42,499 bases of DNA from NCBI GenBank assembly GCA_002010215.1, contig MTMY01000044.1, positions 1-42,499 on the forward strand. The letters are read 5' to 3'. Under the pieces are notes generated by a model. It did not search any database. It was not told where the DNA came from and saw only the letters and a list, made by a program, of their open reading frames with translations. The translations under genes were made by a program, and so were the position numbers. Shown here piece by piece: positions 28,390 through 37,995 of the stretch; the first letter of the stretch is position 1, and every line of letters begins with the position of its first letter. The stretch is from Archaeoglobus sp. JdFR-37 (GTDB taxonomy: Archaea > Halobacteriota > Archaeoglobi > Archaeoglobales > Archaeoglobaceae).

Positions 28390-29319
28390 CTACAGCTCTG
28401 CTCCGCATACCAGACAGAACTTCGAGTTGTCTGGCAGGAAGTCTGCCCCGCACTTCTGGCACTTCTTCATCAGCGGGCCATACGGATATCGTGGATCCAT
28501 TCCCTGTCCAATCCTGTTCCTTATCTCCCTCATTCTGGACTTCCTCTTCTCTTTGAAGGACCACAGCCCCTCACTTGGCTCAACACTTCCAATGTTCAGG
28601 GAGAACCAGGCCTTGCCGTGCTCCCAGGTGAGGCGCCACACCAAATCTCTCCACCAGTTAAGATGCACTTTGAAGTACCAGAGGCTTGAGGCTGAGAGTT
28701 CAAGCATCCTGTCCAGAACTTCCTTAACCCTCTCATCTAGCTTTTCCAGCGGCACCACATCATTTACTATGCCCCACTCCAGTGCAGTTCTCGCATCGAT
28801 TTCGCTGCTGAGCATAACGATTTCTGCTGCTCTCTTCAGTCCGATATGGAGGGGTAGCCACTGTGACAGCCCACCTATTGACGTCATCCCGACGCGAGGT
28901 CCAGGAGATATGAATCTGGCATTCTCACTAGCTATTGCCAGGTCGCATGCAGTCACGAACTCAAAACCTCCACCGGCCGTAATACCGTTCACTCTGGCAA
29001 TAACAGGCTTTCCGCAGTGCATTATCATGTCAAAGACTCTTCCATAAATTTCTCCCCACTTCCAGAAGTCTGAGGACTTTCTTGTGTACTCTTCAGCATA
29101 CTCGTGGACGTTTCCACCTGTGCAGAAAGCCTTGTCACCAACACCAGAGAGGACGATGAACTGGATGTTATCATCCCACATGGCATCCTCAATGGCAGCC
29201 ACCATCTCTTTAAGGGTCGTAAGGGTGTAAGAATTGTATTCATGGGGCCTGTTTATGGCAATCAGCGCCGTGTGGTCGTACCACTCCTTGTCGTAAACTA
29301 TCTCTTTAAACTCTGCCAT
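28390..29319 (-). CDS. Crotonase-family C-C hydrolase, Oah/BamA-like, with a C-terminal zinc ribbon
   Basis: YNSYT, GVGDKAFCTGGN..EYAE, RVNG..GGG.E, GPRVG; C-terminal CQKC..CLVC. Confidence 0.7.
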   Translation of the reverse strand: MAEFKEIVYDKEWYDHTALIAINRPHEYNSYTLTTLKEMVAAIEDAMWDDNIQFIVLSGVGDKAFCTGGNVHEYAEEYTRKSSDFWKWGEIYGRVFDMIMHCGKPVIARVNGITAGGGFEFVTACDLAIASENARFISPGPRVGMTSIGGLSQWLPLHIGLKRAAEIVMLSSEIDARTALEWGIVNDVVPLEKLDERVKEVLDRMLELSASSLWYFKVHLNWWRDLVWRLTWEHGKAWFSLNIGSVEPSEGLWSFKEKRKSRMREIRNRIGQGMDPRYPYGPLMKKCQKCGADFLPDNSKFCLVCGAEL

Positions 29320-29431
29320 GAAAAAAACTGAACATTCTTAAATTTAAAGTTTACGAAAGATGGAGATTCTCCCATGTAATTTGACAAAATCAAATAAAAG
29401 ATAGGCTAAGCTGGACAGGTGGAAAACAGCT

Positions 29432-30238
29432 TTATTTGGGATTTCCTTCTGGAATATTTAATATTTTCTCCCTTGCAATAATCGCTGCTCCAAAAGCTCC
29501 TACTATCTGAGGCTCATCAGGAACCTTTATCTCTGCACCTATCTCTTCCTTCAGAGCCCTGACAACTCCCATGTTCTTTGCAACCCCACCGGTCATCACA
29601 ACTTCCTCAACAACGCCCACCTGCCTCACCAATCCTGCAACCCTCCTTGCGATGGCTTTATGCAGCCCTGCAACGATATCTACTGTCTCATGGCCAGAAG
29701 CTAGGAGCGATATCACCTCGCTTTCTGCAAAGACTGTGCAGACACTGGTTATATTCACAGGATTCTTGGATTTCATTGCCACCTTTCCCATTTCCTCAAG
29801 CTCTATGCCAAGGGCGGAGGACATGACTTCAAGAAACCTACCTGTACCTGCGGCGCACTTGTCGTTCATGGCAAAGCGGATAACCTTACCCTTATCATCT
29901 AGACTCATCACCTTGGAGTCCTGTCCGCCAATGTCGATGACAGTGTGGCAGGATGGAAAAAGAGCCTTTGCTCCTCTGGCATGACAGGTTATCTCAGTCA
30001 CCTTCTCATCTGCAATGCCTGAAAGGGCAAGATTTCTGCCGTAGCCTGTGGCCACGATATATCCAACGTCTTTCTTCTTCAATCCCGCATTATCCAGGCA
30101 CTCTTGGAATGCATCCTCTCCTATTTCCCTTATCTTCGCTCCCGTCTTCTTTATCAGGTATGTGACTATTTCACCTTCCTCATCCACTATGCAGACCTTT
30201 GTGGCGAGAGAACCGATGTCTATTCCTGCAAAGAGCAT
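29432..30238 (-). CDS. ASKHA-fold CoA-substrate-specific enzyme activase (HgdC/BzdQ type)
   Basis: GIDIGS, ATGYGR, EITCH, DIGGQD, NDKCAAGTG, CTVFAESE, GGVAKN. Confidence 0.92.
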   Translation of the reverse strand: MLFAGIDIGSLATKVCIVDEEGEIVTYLIKKTGAKIREIGEDAFQECLDNAGLKKKDVGYIVATGYGRNLALSGIADEKVTEITCHARGAKALFPSCHTVIDIGGQDSKVMSLDDKGKVIRFAMNDKCAAGTGRFLEVMSSALGIELEEMGKVAMKSKNPVNITSVCTVFAESEVISLLASGHETVDIVAGLHKAIARRVAGLVRQVGVVEEVVMTGGVAKNMGVVRALKEEIGAEIKVPDEPQIVGAFGAAIIAREKILNIPEGNPK

Positions 30239-30304
30239 TCAACCACCTTTGGAGAAAAATAGGAATATATGCATATATTTTTTCCCTCAAAAATTAGTGG
30301 ATTA

Positions 30305-31552
30305 TCAGCTCAAAGACTCCAAGAATGCCTCTATCTGGGTTTTGGCTCTCTCAAGGGGCATAGCACGAGCATCACACTGTGGAGCTTCGAGAATAAGGCT
30401 CTGAACTCCCAGTTCTTCCCGCAGTGTGTCTGCAAGAGGTCTGATAATCATTGAGGTTATCCTGCACCCGGTGTTTTCCAGCAGTAGGGCAGCATCAATA
30501 TCAGCCTTCTTGGCAGCCCTCACAACGCTATCTAGCATGTCGTAGGTTGCATTTGTGAAGTGCATGGATCTGCGAACCATACTTTCGAAGGGCTTTGAAG
30601 AGTCAACTAGATGGACGGAAGCGTTGACGTAGAGATTTACCGGAAAAGTTGCTCCGAGCTTCTCACAGTACTCATATAAAGACAGAGAGTGCCAGGGCAT
30701 TATGCCAAATGTCAGAAGCCTGTGCTTCTCATCCGAAACCCCTTCTCCCCTCTTAACCCTGTCCTTGATAAGCTGATAAGCGCGATGGCAGAATTCGTAG
30801 GCGTAATCGCTTCCCAGCACGAAGAAGGCAATGAAGACCAGATCTCCAATCTCTCGCTGGCTGCCCGGTGTTGGCTTTGCCATCATCATGTTCAGAATCT
30901 CTACCAGCAGTCTTGAAGTCTTCTCTGACTTTTTGAAGACTTCCTTGAACTTATCCTCATCCATTTCTCCGGCAACGCTTTCCATGAACTCAATGAGTCC
31001 GTGAAGCCTCTTGGTGGTGTACTCCACATAAAGTTCCTCCGCCCATTCCGCCTCTTTTGTAAGCTCATCAACGTTTTTCAGCGAGTCAGGAGTCCAGTAG
31101 GGGTAGTTTACTGTGTAGCGTGGAACGCCATAGTACTTAGCAAAGACTTCTGCCATCTCATGATGCCCTACACAAAGGGCTCGGCTATCAACTATGAAGT
31201 CTGGTTTTGGCATCAGGGGTTTAGTAGCCTTTTCCGGCTCAACAATGGAGCCAACTGTCGTTTTGAAATAATCACAGAGGAAATGGCTGTAACCTTTGGC
31301 GATTGAAGTATCTATGAGGTCCACTGAAGAACCGCGAGCTGCGCAATAGGCAGAATACTGCTCAGGGAATGCAGAGACAACGTCGAAAACGTATATGAGT
31401 TCGGAGGGATGGAATGAGAAGAACCAGCCCACTGGCCTCTTCTTGGATAGCAAATGCTCCTGCCTTGTAAGATGCCTCTTGAAGAGGTCTCTGTAAAGCT
31501 CCTTATAGCCGAGAGGGTTCCATACCTGCTCTGAAGCCTGAATGTCATTCAC
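30305..31552 (-). CDS. 2-hydroxyacyl-CoA dehydratase alpha / benzoyl-CoA reductase BcrB(BzdO)-like subunit
   Basis: PEQYSA, LCDY, PKPDF..LC, TGCR, TQIEAFLE; start moved to GTG 31552 after GGAGGTGG. Confidence 0.8.
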   Translation of the reverse strand: MNDIQASEQVWNPLGYKELYRDLFKRHLTRQEHLLSKKRPVGWFFSFHPSELIYVFDVVSAFPEQYSAYCAARGSSVDLIDTSIAKGYSHFLCDYFKTTVGSIVEPEKATKPLMPKPDFIVDSRALCVGHHEMAEVFAKYYGVPRYTVNYPYWTPDSLKNVDELTKEAEWAEELYVEYTTKRLHGLIEFMESVAGEMDEDKFKEVFKKSEKTSRLLVEILNMMMAKPTPGSQREIGDLVFIAFFVLGSDYAYEFCHRAYQLIKDRVKRGEGVSDEKHRLLTFGIMPWHSLSLYEYCEKLGATFPVNLYVNASVHLVDSSKPFESMVRRSMHFTNATYDMLDSVVRAAKKADIDAALLLENTGCRITSMIIRPLADTLREELGVQSLILEAPQCDARAMPLERAKTQIEAFLESLS

Positions 31553-31553
31553 T

Positions 31554-32684
31554 TCAACCACCTCCATGAGCCTCGATGAATGCCTCAATCCTCGTCCTGT
31601 ACTGCTCCACAGAGAGCGGAAAATCCAAGTCAAGGACGAGAACTGGAAGCTCTGACTCCATAACTATCCAGGGGCACTGATGGCCGCACACTTCACATCC
31701 CCTGTCTTTCAGAATTACTATTGCTTCAGCTCCGCTCTCATCAATGCGCTGCCAGATAAAGTTGAGCCTCTCTTCAACTGAGAGCTTGCCGGGATGGGCA
31801 GTCATTACACAGGCTGTACAGCCCATGTAGCGTTTAGCCAGCGATTCAATATCAGTTCCTTCAACAAAACCGCTGTAGTATCCTGCAGAAGTGCAGAGGT
31901 CATCTGACACTACAACCGCACCGCATTCTCCCAGAAGGTTCAGCAGACCTAGGTGGTAAAAATCCGTTCCTGAAAGATGAATGCGGAGCCTGTAATCCTT
32001 CATTCCATCCATCTCCTTCAGCTCATCAAGCCTGGCTGAAACCATGCTGTTGAAATCCTCCTTCAGCATGGCATTTGAAGCCAACATAAGGCTCATCCAT
32101 TCAGATGCGGTGATTTTGGGAGCATCATCTCTTCTCAGCTCTTCAAGCTTTTCACACAACTCTCTGAATTCATTGTACACATCTATAGACTTCTCAAGTC
32201 TCTCATCAATGAAGTTGGTGGACAGAAAGGATGAAAGCTTCTCTGCAAATCTCCGCAACTCTTTGGTGAAGAACTCAAAGGATAGCTCGTCATTGACGTA
32301 AGGAAACTGAACCATGTATGAGAAGGAAGGTTTCACGTAGAATCTGTAAGCTGAAAACAGGTGCAGTTTTGTATCATCCGTTGTTGCACCTACAATTCCG
32401 TCCACAAAGTCAAAATCCCCACTCAACCCTCCTTCGAGCACCCCCCTGGCATAGCTGCACATCCAGCTTGGAGCCTTTGAATTGGCAAGCGGCGTGTTCT
32501 CGTATTCACCAATGAGCCTGACAGGAACGCCTCCAAGGGAGTGGATAATCTCCTCGGGGACATTATTGCAAATTGTCCCGATTATTTTTCTCCCATTTTT
32601 CCTGTACTCTCTAAGCCTCTCTTTTCTGCTAAAAATATTGTAGAATTCCCTGAATGGTTCTCTTAACATGTTCTCACTACTCAC
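31554..32684 (-). CDS. 2-hydroxyacyl-CoA dehydratase beta / BcrC(BzdN)-like subunit
   Basis: VPEEIIHSLG, CSYAR, VVSDDLC, GCE, RTRIEAFIE. Confidence 0.8.
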   Translation of the reverse strand: MSSENMLREPFREFYNIFSRKERLREYRKNGRKIIGTICNNVPEEIIHSLGGVPVRLIGEYENTPLANSKAPSWMCSYARGVLEGGLSGDFDFVDGIVGATTDDTKLHLFSAYRFYVKPSFSYMVQFPYVNDELSFEFFTKELRRFAEKLSSFLSTNFIDERLEKSIDVYNEFRELCEKLEELRRDDAPKITASEWMSLMLASNAMLKEDFNSMVSARLDELKEMDGMKDYRLRIHLSGTDFYHLGLLNLLGECGAVVVSDDLCTSAGYYSGFVEGTDIESLAKRYMGCTACVMTAHPGKLSVEERLNFIWQRIDESGAEAIVILKDRGCEVCGHQCPWIVMESELPVLVLDLDFPLSVEQYRTRIEAFIEAHGGG

Positions 32685-32694
32685 TTATCACTTC

Positions 32695-34356
32695 TTACTG
32701 CTGTGCCTTTTTCCTCTCTTCATCTCTCAAAATTCTTCGCAGAATCTTGCCAACAGGAGACTTCGGGAGTTCATTTCTGAACTCAACGATTCTCGGAACC
32801 TTGTAGCTGGCTAAGTGCTTCCTTGCGAACTCTATTATCTCCTCTGCTGTTGCTGTCTGGCCCTCCTTGAGAACAATGAATGCCTTAACCGTTTCACCCC
32901 TGTATGGATCGGGCACGCCTATGACGGCACATTCCTTAACCTTGGAATGCATGTAAAGGACCTCCTCCACCTCCGATGGGTAGATGTTGAAACCGCCAGC
33001 AATTATCATATCCTTCTTCCTGTCAACTATGTAGATGTACCCATCTTCATCCATGTAGCCCATATCTCCGGTGTAGAGCCATCCGCCCCGAATGCTTTCC
33101 TTCGTTCTCTCCGGATCGTTCCAGTACTCCCTGATTATCTTCTTGCTTCTCAGAACTATTTCTCCCACGTTCTCCTCTCCCGGTGGAAGCGTTTCGCCTG
33201 TTTCAGGATCGACTATCTTTATCTCAACTGATGGCACAGGTAAGCCAGCACTCCCAACCTTTATGATACCGTGAACGGGATTGCTGGTACCTATGATTGC
33301 CGCTTCAGTCAAACCCCACTGCTCGATGACCGTTGCGTCGGGCATGAGTTCCTTCACTTTCCTCAGCAACTCGATGGGGACAGGTGCTGACCCAACGCTG
33401 ATAACCCTAACAGAGGACAGGTCTCTCCTTTTCACATCAGGATGATTGACTATTGCCACCAGATGTGTGGGCACGCAGTGAATCTGCGTGATACGGTGCT
33501 TTTCTATGGCCCTGATGAATTCACCCGCATCGAAATACGGAAACAGAACCACTGTTCCACCATTCATGAAGACGTTCATGTTGGATGTCCAGATTCCGTT
33601 ACCGTGGAACATGGGCATCAGGCCGGAAAAGACGTCTTTGCCTCTTCTGGCATCCAGACAGATGGAGAAAATCTGTGCATCAATCATCAGGTTTCTATGA
33701 GTGTAAACCGCTCCTTTCGGCCTTCCGGTAGTGCCACCCGTGTATGTTAGAGATGCAACATCTTCTGGCTTTACATCAACATCAGGCTTCTTAGCGGGAT
33801 GCTTCAGCAGTTCATCAAAGAACAGAACGTTCTCCTCCTCTTTGATCTCCTTTTCATGCAGGAATGGCATGAATCTCTTGGCAGTTGGAGATATGAAGTC
33901 TCGCATGCTAGTTACAATCACGTATTCCAGCGGAGTTTTATCAACAACGGTCTTAACTCTTTCATAAAGGACATCCAGCGTAATGATGGCTTTAGCCCCT
34001 GAATGGTTGAGCTGATATTCAAGTTCTCTCTCCGTATACATCACATTTGTGTGCACCGCAATCATTCCATTGCTCAGGGCTGCAAAGTAACCTATGTTGA
34101 ACTGGGGACAGTTGGGCATGAAAAAGGAGATTCTGTCACCCTTTTCGAGGATGCTCCGCAATGCATTGGCAACTCTACAAACATTGTCGTAAAATTCCTT
34201 ATAACTCAGAGCATTTCCGTAAAAAATTATGGCATCCTTATCTGAGAATTCTTCAGCAACTCTTGTCAACATCTGTGGTGGAGTTTCAGTGGGCTCCTCA
34301 ATATCTTCAGGCCATCCGATATACGGGTACCACCTTCTCCATAATAATTCAGTCAT
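32695..34356 (-). CDS. Acyl/aryl-CoA ligase (AMP-forming)
   Basis: YTGGTTGRPKG, WGLTE, TGD, DRKKDMI, PKSPVGK. Confidence 0.92.
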   Translation of the reverse strand: MTELLWRRWYPYIGWPEDIEEPTETPPQMLTRVAEEFSDKDAIIFYGNALSYKEFYDNVCRVANALRSILEKGDRISFFMPNCPQFNIGYFAALSNGMIAVHTNVMYTERELEYQLNHSGAKAIITLDVLYERVKTVVDKTPLEYVIVTSMRDFISPTAKRFMPFLHEKEIKEEENVLFFDELLKHPAKKPDVDVKPEDVASLTYTGGTTGRPKGAVYTHRNLMIDAQIFSICLDARRGKDVFSGLMPMFHGNGIWTSNMNVFMNGGTVVLFPYFDAGEFIRAIEKHRITQIHCVPTHLVAIVNHPDVKRRDLSSVRVISVGSAPVPIELLRKVKELMPDATVIEQWGLTEAAIIGTSNPVHGIIKVGSAGLPVPSVEIKIVDPETGETLPPGEENVGEIVLRSKKIIREYWNDPERTKESIRGGWLYTGDMGYMDEDGYIYIVDRKKDMIIAGGFNIYPSEVEEVLYMHSKVKECAVIGVPDPYRGETVKAFIVLKEGQTATAEEIIEFARKHLASYKVPRIVEFRNELPKSPVGKILRRILRDEERKKAQQ

Positions 34357-34594
34357 GAATTATTGTTAAATTAAGTTGTAAATAACTTTTTCTGTCTTAT
34401 TTTCTAAAATAGAGCAAGCTAATGAAATATCTCATGATATTATTAAAATTTATAAACCATCCTTATCTGCATCAATTATCCCACCATAAATTGTAAACAG
34501 TAGTTTAAAAATTTTGCGTAATATGTATTAGCAAATAGAGTCTAAGACAAAAATTTGTCAAGCATTGTTCAGGTAATGGAAGTGCTGGTAATGC

Positions 34595-34621
34595 TGCTCT
34601 AGTGCTCTAGTACTGCTCTAG
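34595..34621. repeat. TGCTCTAG x3 intergenic direct repeat
   Basis: Copies start at 34595, 34603 and 34614. Confidence 0.7.
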
Positions 34622-34675
34622 TAATACTTTAGGTGATGATAATTAAAAGGTATAAAAGCAAGGTTCACCAGAGAA

Positions 34676-35707
34676 CTATGATGACTTAGATGTTCTCAAA
34701 GATGCCGTTTCTAGTATGTTCTTAACCTTATCCCATATTCCCTCAGGCGCAAGCACAGCTATGGCGATCAGGATGATGTAGAGGATGACTTCATCGTTTA
34801 TTGGTAGCCATTCAGGGAGGGTCATCACCACTCCCTTCAACCACCAGTTCTTCAGCAGATAGATTATCAGACCTCCAAAGAGAGGGCCGTAGAGGGTTCC
34901 AAGGCCGCCTATGACTGCAGCAAGGATTATGAGTAACATAAGGGGGATGTCGTAGAGGTCAGGGCTGACGGTTATTCTGTAGTGGACTATGGCTGCACCA
35001 CCAATCCCGGCAAAGAACGAGCTTATTACGAATGAGAGGACTTTGTAACGGACAACATCAATTCCTATGGCTTCAGCCAGCTCCTCATCGTCCCTCACTG
35101 CTCTGAATCTCAGTCCAATTTCACTGTTCAGAATGAAACGGATGATGATGAATGACACTATGAGAATCACCAAAGCATAGTAGTATCTTAGAGTTGTAGA
35201 GGCTGCTAGACTTCTTTCAAGCCCTATAGAGAAACCTTCTTCCCCTCCAAAAATACTGGAGAAAACGAAGACTGTCTGCATGAAGACCAAGGGGAGGATG
35301 GCTGTGACCAGCGCAAAATAGTAACCTTTTAGTCTGAGAGTGATAACTCCTATAATCAATCCAAAAATAGCTGCGACAATACCTCCAGCTAGTATGGAAA
35401 CTACCGGTGGAGGTGATGGGAGTGATGCAAGAAAGTCTATTGTTCCGCTGAACCTTGAAGGCACCTGCAATAACGCTGCAGTGTAAGCACCAAGACCCAC
35501 AAAGACTGTGTGGCCGAGATTTACCTGTCCCGTATAACCAACAATCACATCCCAGCTTATTACTAGTATCAGAAAGAGGAGAGCGAGTCCCAGCAGATAC
35601 ACGAAGGCCTCAGGCAAAACAAGGGGAGCTACCACGGCCATCAACAGTAGAATCAGTATGGAAGTTAATTTCTTCAAACCAATCTCTCTCATTTCGCTCA
35701 CTTTCAT
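34676..35707 (-). CDS. livM: Branched-chain amino acid-type ABC permease
   Basis: GYTGQVNLGH, RLKGYYFALVT, AVRDDE..A..IG, GGLGT..GP. Confidence 0.88.
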   Translation of the reverse strand: MKVSEMREIGLKKLTSILILLLMAVVAPLVLPEAFVYLLGLALLFLILVISWDVIVGYTGQVNLGHTVFVGLGAYTAALLQVPSRFSGTIDFLASLPSPPPVVSILAGGIVAAIFGLIIGVITLRLKGYYFALVTAILPLVFMQTVFVFSSIFGGEEGFSIGLERSLAASTTLRYYYALVILIVSFIIIRFILNSEIGLRFRAVRDDEELAEAIGIDVVRYKVLSFVISSFFAGIGGAAIVHYRITVSPDLYDIPLMLLIILAAVIGGLGTLYGPLFGGLIIYLLKNWWLKGVVMTLPEWLPINDEVILYIILIAIAVLAPEGIWDKVKNILETASLRTSKSS

Positions 35708-36561
35708 TCTTCCACCCCGAAAAGTCCTGTTGGCTTAACAATCAGAATTCCAATTATAAAGAGCAGCGCCACAAACTCCGACCACCTTGCTCCAAAGAGG
35801 TTAATGGTTATCGTAAGAATATATCCTACTATGAACGCTGCAATAATGCTCCCCCTCACACTGCCCAGCCCGCCAAGTATGACAATTGCGAATGCAAAAA
35901 TCAAAGATTTTACAGCAGCTATGGGCGTTGCTGCGAAGATCTGAGTGTAAAGGATTCCTCCGATTCCTGCCAGAACAGCGGATATAAACATGGTTACTCT
36001 GAAGAGTTTTTCAACATCCAAACCCACAAGCATGGCCCCTTCAAAGTTCTGGGACGCTGCAGAAATCATCTTGCCAAGCCTAGTTCTGTTGATGAAGAGT
36101 TCAAGCAGAACAATAACAATAATGGCGATTACAAAGGCTGCAATTCTCTTGAGGGTTATGGGTGTACCTCCTAACCTGAGAACCCCAGTAATCAGTGAGG
36201 GATAGGATATGCCATGCTCGCCAAATATCAGGAGAAGAACTTGTTCAACAAGAAGAGCCAGAGCAAGGGTGGCGATGATGACCATGACTTCATGCTCCCT
36301 GATTCTCGACAAAAGGAGTGCGTAAATAGCCACAGCGAAGAAGCCGACCAAGACGATGCTTAAGAGAGTTGCCAAGTAAGGATTGACTCCACTACTCACC
36401 ATGACAATTCCCAGATAGGCTGCGAGAACAAAGAAGGTTCCATGGGCAAAATTCAATATTCTGGCCACACCGAAAATAAGCGTGAAGCCTGACGCCACAA
36501 GAGCCCAGATACCGCTCACAACAGCCCCATAAATAAGGATACGGATTGCCAGATCTATCAT
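35704..36561 (-). CDS. livH: Branched-chain amino acid-type ABC permease
   Basis: GFTLIFGVARILNFAHG, LGGLGS, KPTGLFG. Confidence 0.9.
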   Translation of the reverse strand: MIDLAIRILIYGAVVSGIWALVASGFTLIFGVARILNFAHGTFFVLAAYLGIVMVSSGVNPYLATLLSIVLVGFFAVAIYALLLSRIREHEVMVIIATLALALLVEQVLLLIFGEHGISYPSLITGVLRLGGTPITLKRIAAFVIAIIVIVLLELFINRTRLGKMISAASQNFEGAMLVGLDVEKLFRVTMFISAVLAGIGGILYTQIFAATPIAAVKSLIFAFAIVILGGLGSVRGSIIAAFIVGYILTITINLFGARWSEFVALLFIIGILIVKPTGLFGVEE

Positions 36562-36619
36562 GGTTAATGATGAGTTGACAAAAAATAAAAAAATTTCGGA
36601 AGATGGTTTACAAATTCAA

Positions 36620-37939
36620 CTACTCAAGCCAGGGTGGTAGCTTAAGCTCTCCGTTGGCAACCGTCGATGGGTAGATTATGTACTGTTTGCCGTCCTGCCA
36701 CTGGGCAATCCAGTTTCTGACGTATTCGTCGCCCCAGACCAGAGCGTGGTTCTTGTGGAATGCAACGTTTCTTGTGAGCTTAGCAGGATTTCCGGGCTTA
36801 TACTGCTCCAGATACTTCACAACTACATCTGGATTGAATGGATCTTTTTCTCCGGCCTTGTAGGCTGCCTCAACAGCCATCTTGTAGAGGTATACTGCAT
36901 CGTAAGCTCCGTATGCTTGGTGTGATTCTGGATAGTGGCCGTATTTGGCCTTGTAGGCCTCAACGAATTTCTTGGCTATGTCTGTTGGCGGAGCGGTAAC
37001 CAGAACACCTCCATCAGCCAAGAAGATCTCGTAATTTGCGGCTCCACCTGTCTTTTCATAGAAACCGGCATCTATTGCGGCGAGGTCATGTCCTGCAAGG
37101 AGGACTGGTATCTGGAGTTCGGCCCACTGCTTTGCAAGCACATCGCCTGTTCCAGCTATAGCAAGTATGGGCATGACGAGGTCAGCACCTTTATCTTGGG
37201 CATCAAGGAGGAGCTGCTCATACTCAGTGTATCCTCTTGGAACCTTGGCGTCGCCAACAATTTCAACATTTCTTTCTTCAAGCAGAGGCGTTAATCCCTT
37301 CATAACAGCATCCGTCCATATGTGCTCATCTCTGATGATGTATACTTTGTCAACCTTAACTCCCTTATCGCGGAGGAAGTCAATCATCTCAGCAAGGTCC
37401 CATGCGAAGGTTGAACCATTATTCTGGCTCACTCTGAACCAGTATTTGTATTTCTCGTAGTTCTCAGCTACTTTTGCCGGATGGCCGGGGCTTGACGCGT
37501 CCGCCAAGAATATCGTCTTGGTTTCAGCCATTGTTTCCATCATAGAGTTCATAACACCACTGCTGAAACCGCCAAGAATCATATCTGCCTTCTCAGCAGT
37601 TGCAAGCCTTCTGAACTCTGATGTGGCAGTATCAGGATTGAGTTTAGTATCGCCAACAACAACCCTAACCTTTAATCCCAAAATTCCTCCAGCAGCGTTT
37701 ATTTCTTCAGCAGCCAGCATAGCAGCATTCTTTTCAGCAGTACCCTCGGGCAATGCCATTGGTCCAATGACTCCTATCACAACCTCCTTTTTACCTCCAA
37801 AAGCTGGAGTTGGTGTAGGGGTTGCTTCCGGTGTCGCTGTAGGCGTAGGGGCAGGAGTTGGTGTTTTCGGAGCTTCCTGCTGCGCGCATCCAAGAAGCAA
37901 AGCCGTTACCAATACCAGCAACAACACTTTTCGCATCAT
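36620..37939 (-). CDS. LivJ/K-type ABC substrate-binding lipoprotein
   Basis: Start moved to ATG 37939; lipobox LLLGC; TP linker; EEINAAGGILG; GGFSS; AYDAVY. Confidence 0.88.
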   Translation of the reverse strand: MMRKVLLLVLVTALLLGCAQQEAPKTPTPAPTPTATPEATPTPTPAFGGKKEVVIGVIGPMALPEGTAEKNAAMLAAEEINAAGGILGLKVRVVVGDTKLNPDTATSEFRRLATAEKADMILGGFSSGVMNSMMETMAETKTIFLADASSPGHPAKVAENYEKYKYWFRVSQNNGSTFAWDLAEMIDFLRDKGVKVDKVYIIRDEHIWTDAVMKGLTPLLEERNVEIVGDAKVPRGYTEYEQLLLDAQDKGADLVMPILAIAGTGDVLAKQWAELQIPVLLAGHDLAAIDAGFYEKTGGAANYEIFLADGGVLVTAPPTDIAKKFVEAYKAKYGHYPESHQAYGAYDAVYLYKMAVEAAYKAGEKDPFNPDVVVKYLEQYKPGNPAKLTRNVAFHKNHALVWGDEYVRNWIAQWQDGKQYIIYPSTVANGELKLPPWLE

Positions 37940-37995
37940 TAATAGTGACTTATGAAGGTAATACTTAAATATTTCTACCGCCCACACAATTTACG
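37940..37995. promoter_or_regulatory. Compact divergent promoter between the binding-protein gene and the ATPase genes
   Basis: 56-bp gap with overlapping TATA-like elements (CTTAAATA on +, TTTAAGTA on -). Confidence 0.5.

Noticed and set aside
29432..32684. Calling the module a canonical benzoyl-CoA reductase (bzdNOPQ/bcrABCD)
   Set aside because: Only one ATP-binding subunit is present, and motifs alone cannot separate reductases from dehydratases
34581..34628. Possible CRISPR remnant
   Set aside because: Units are only 8 bp with no spacers, and no cas genes are nearby
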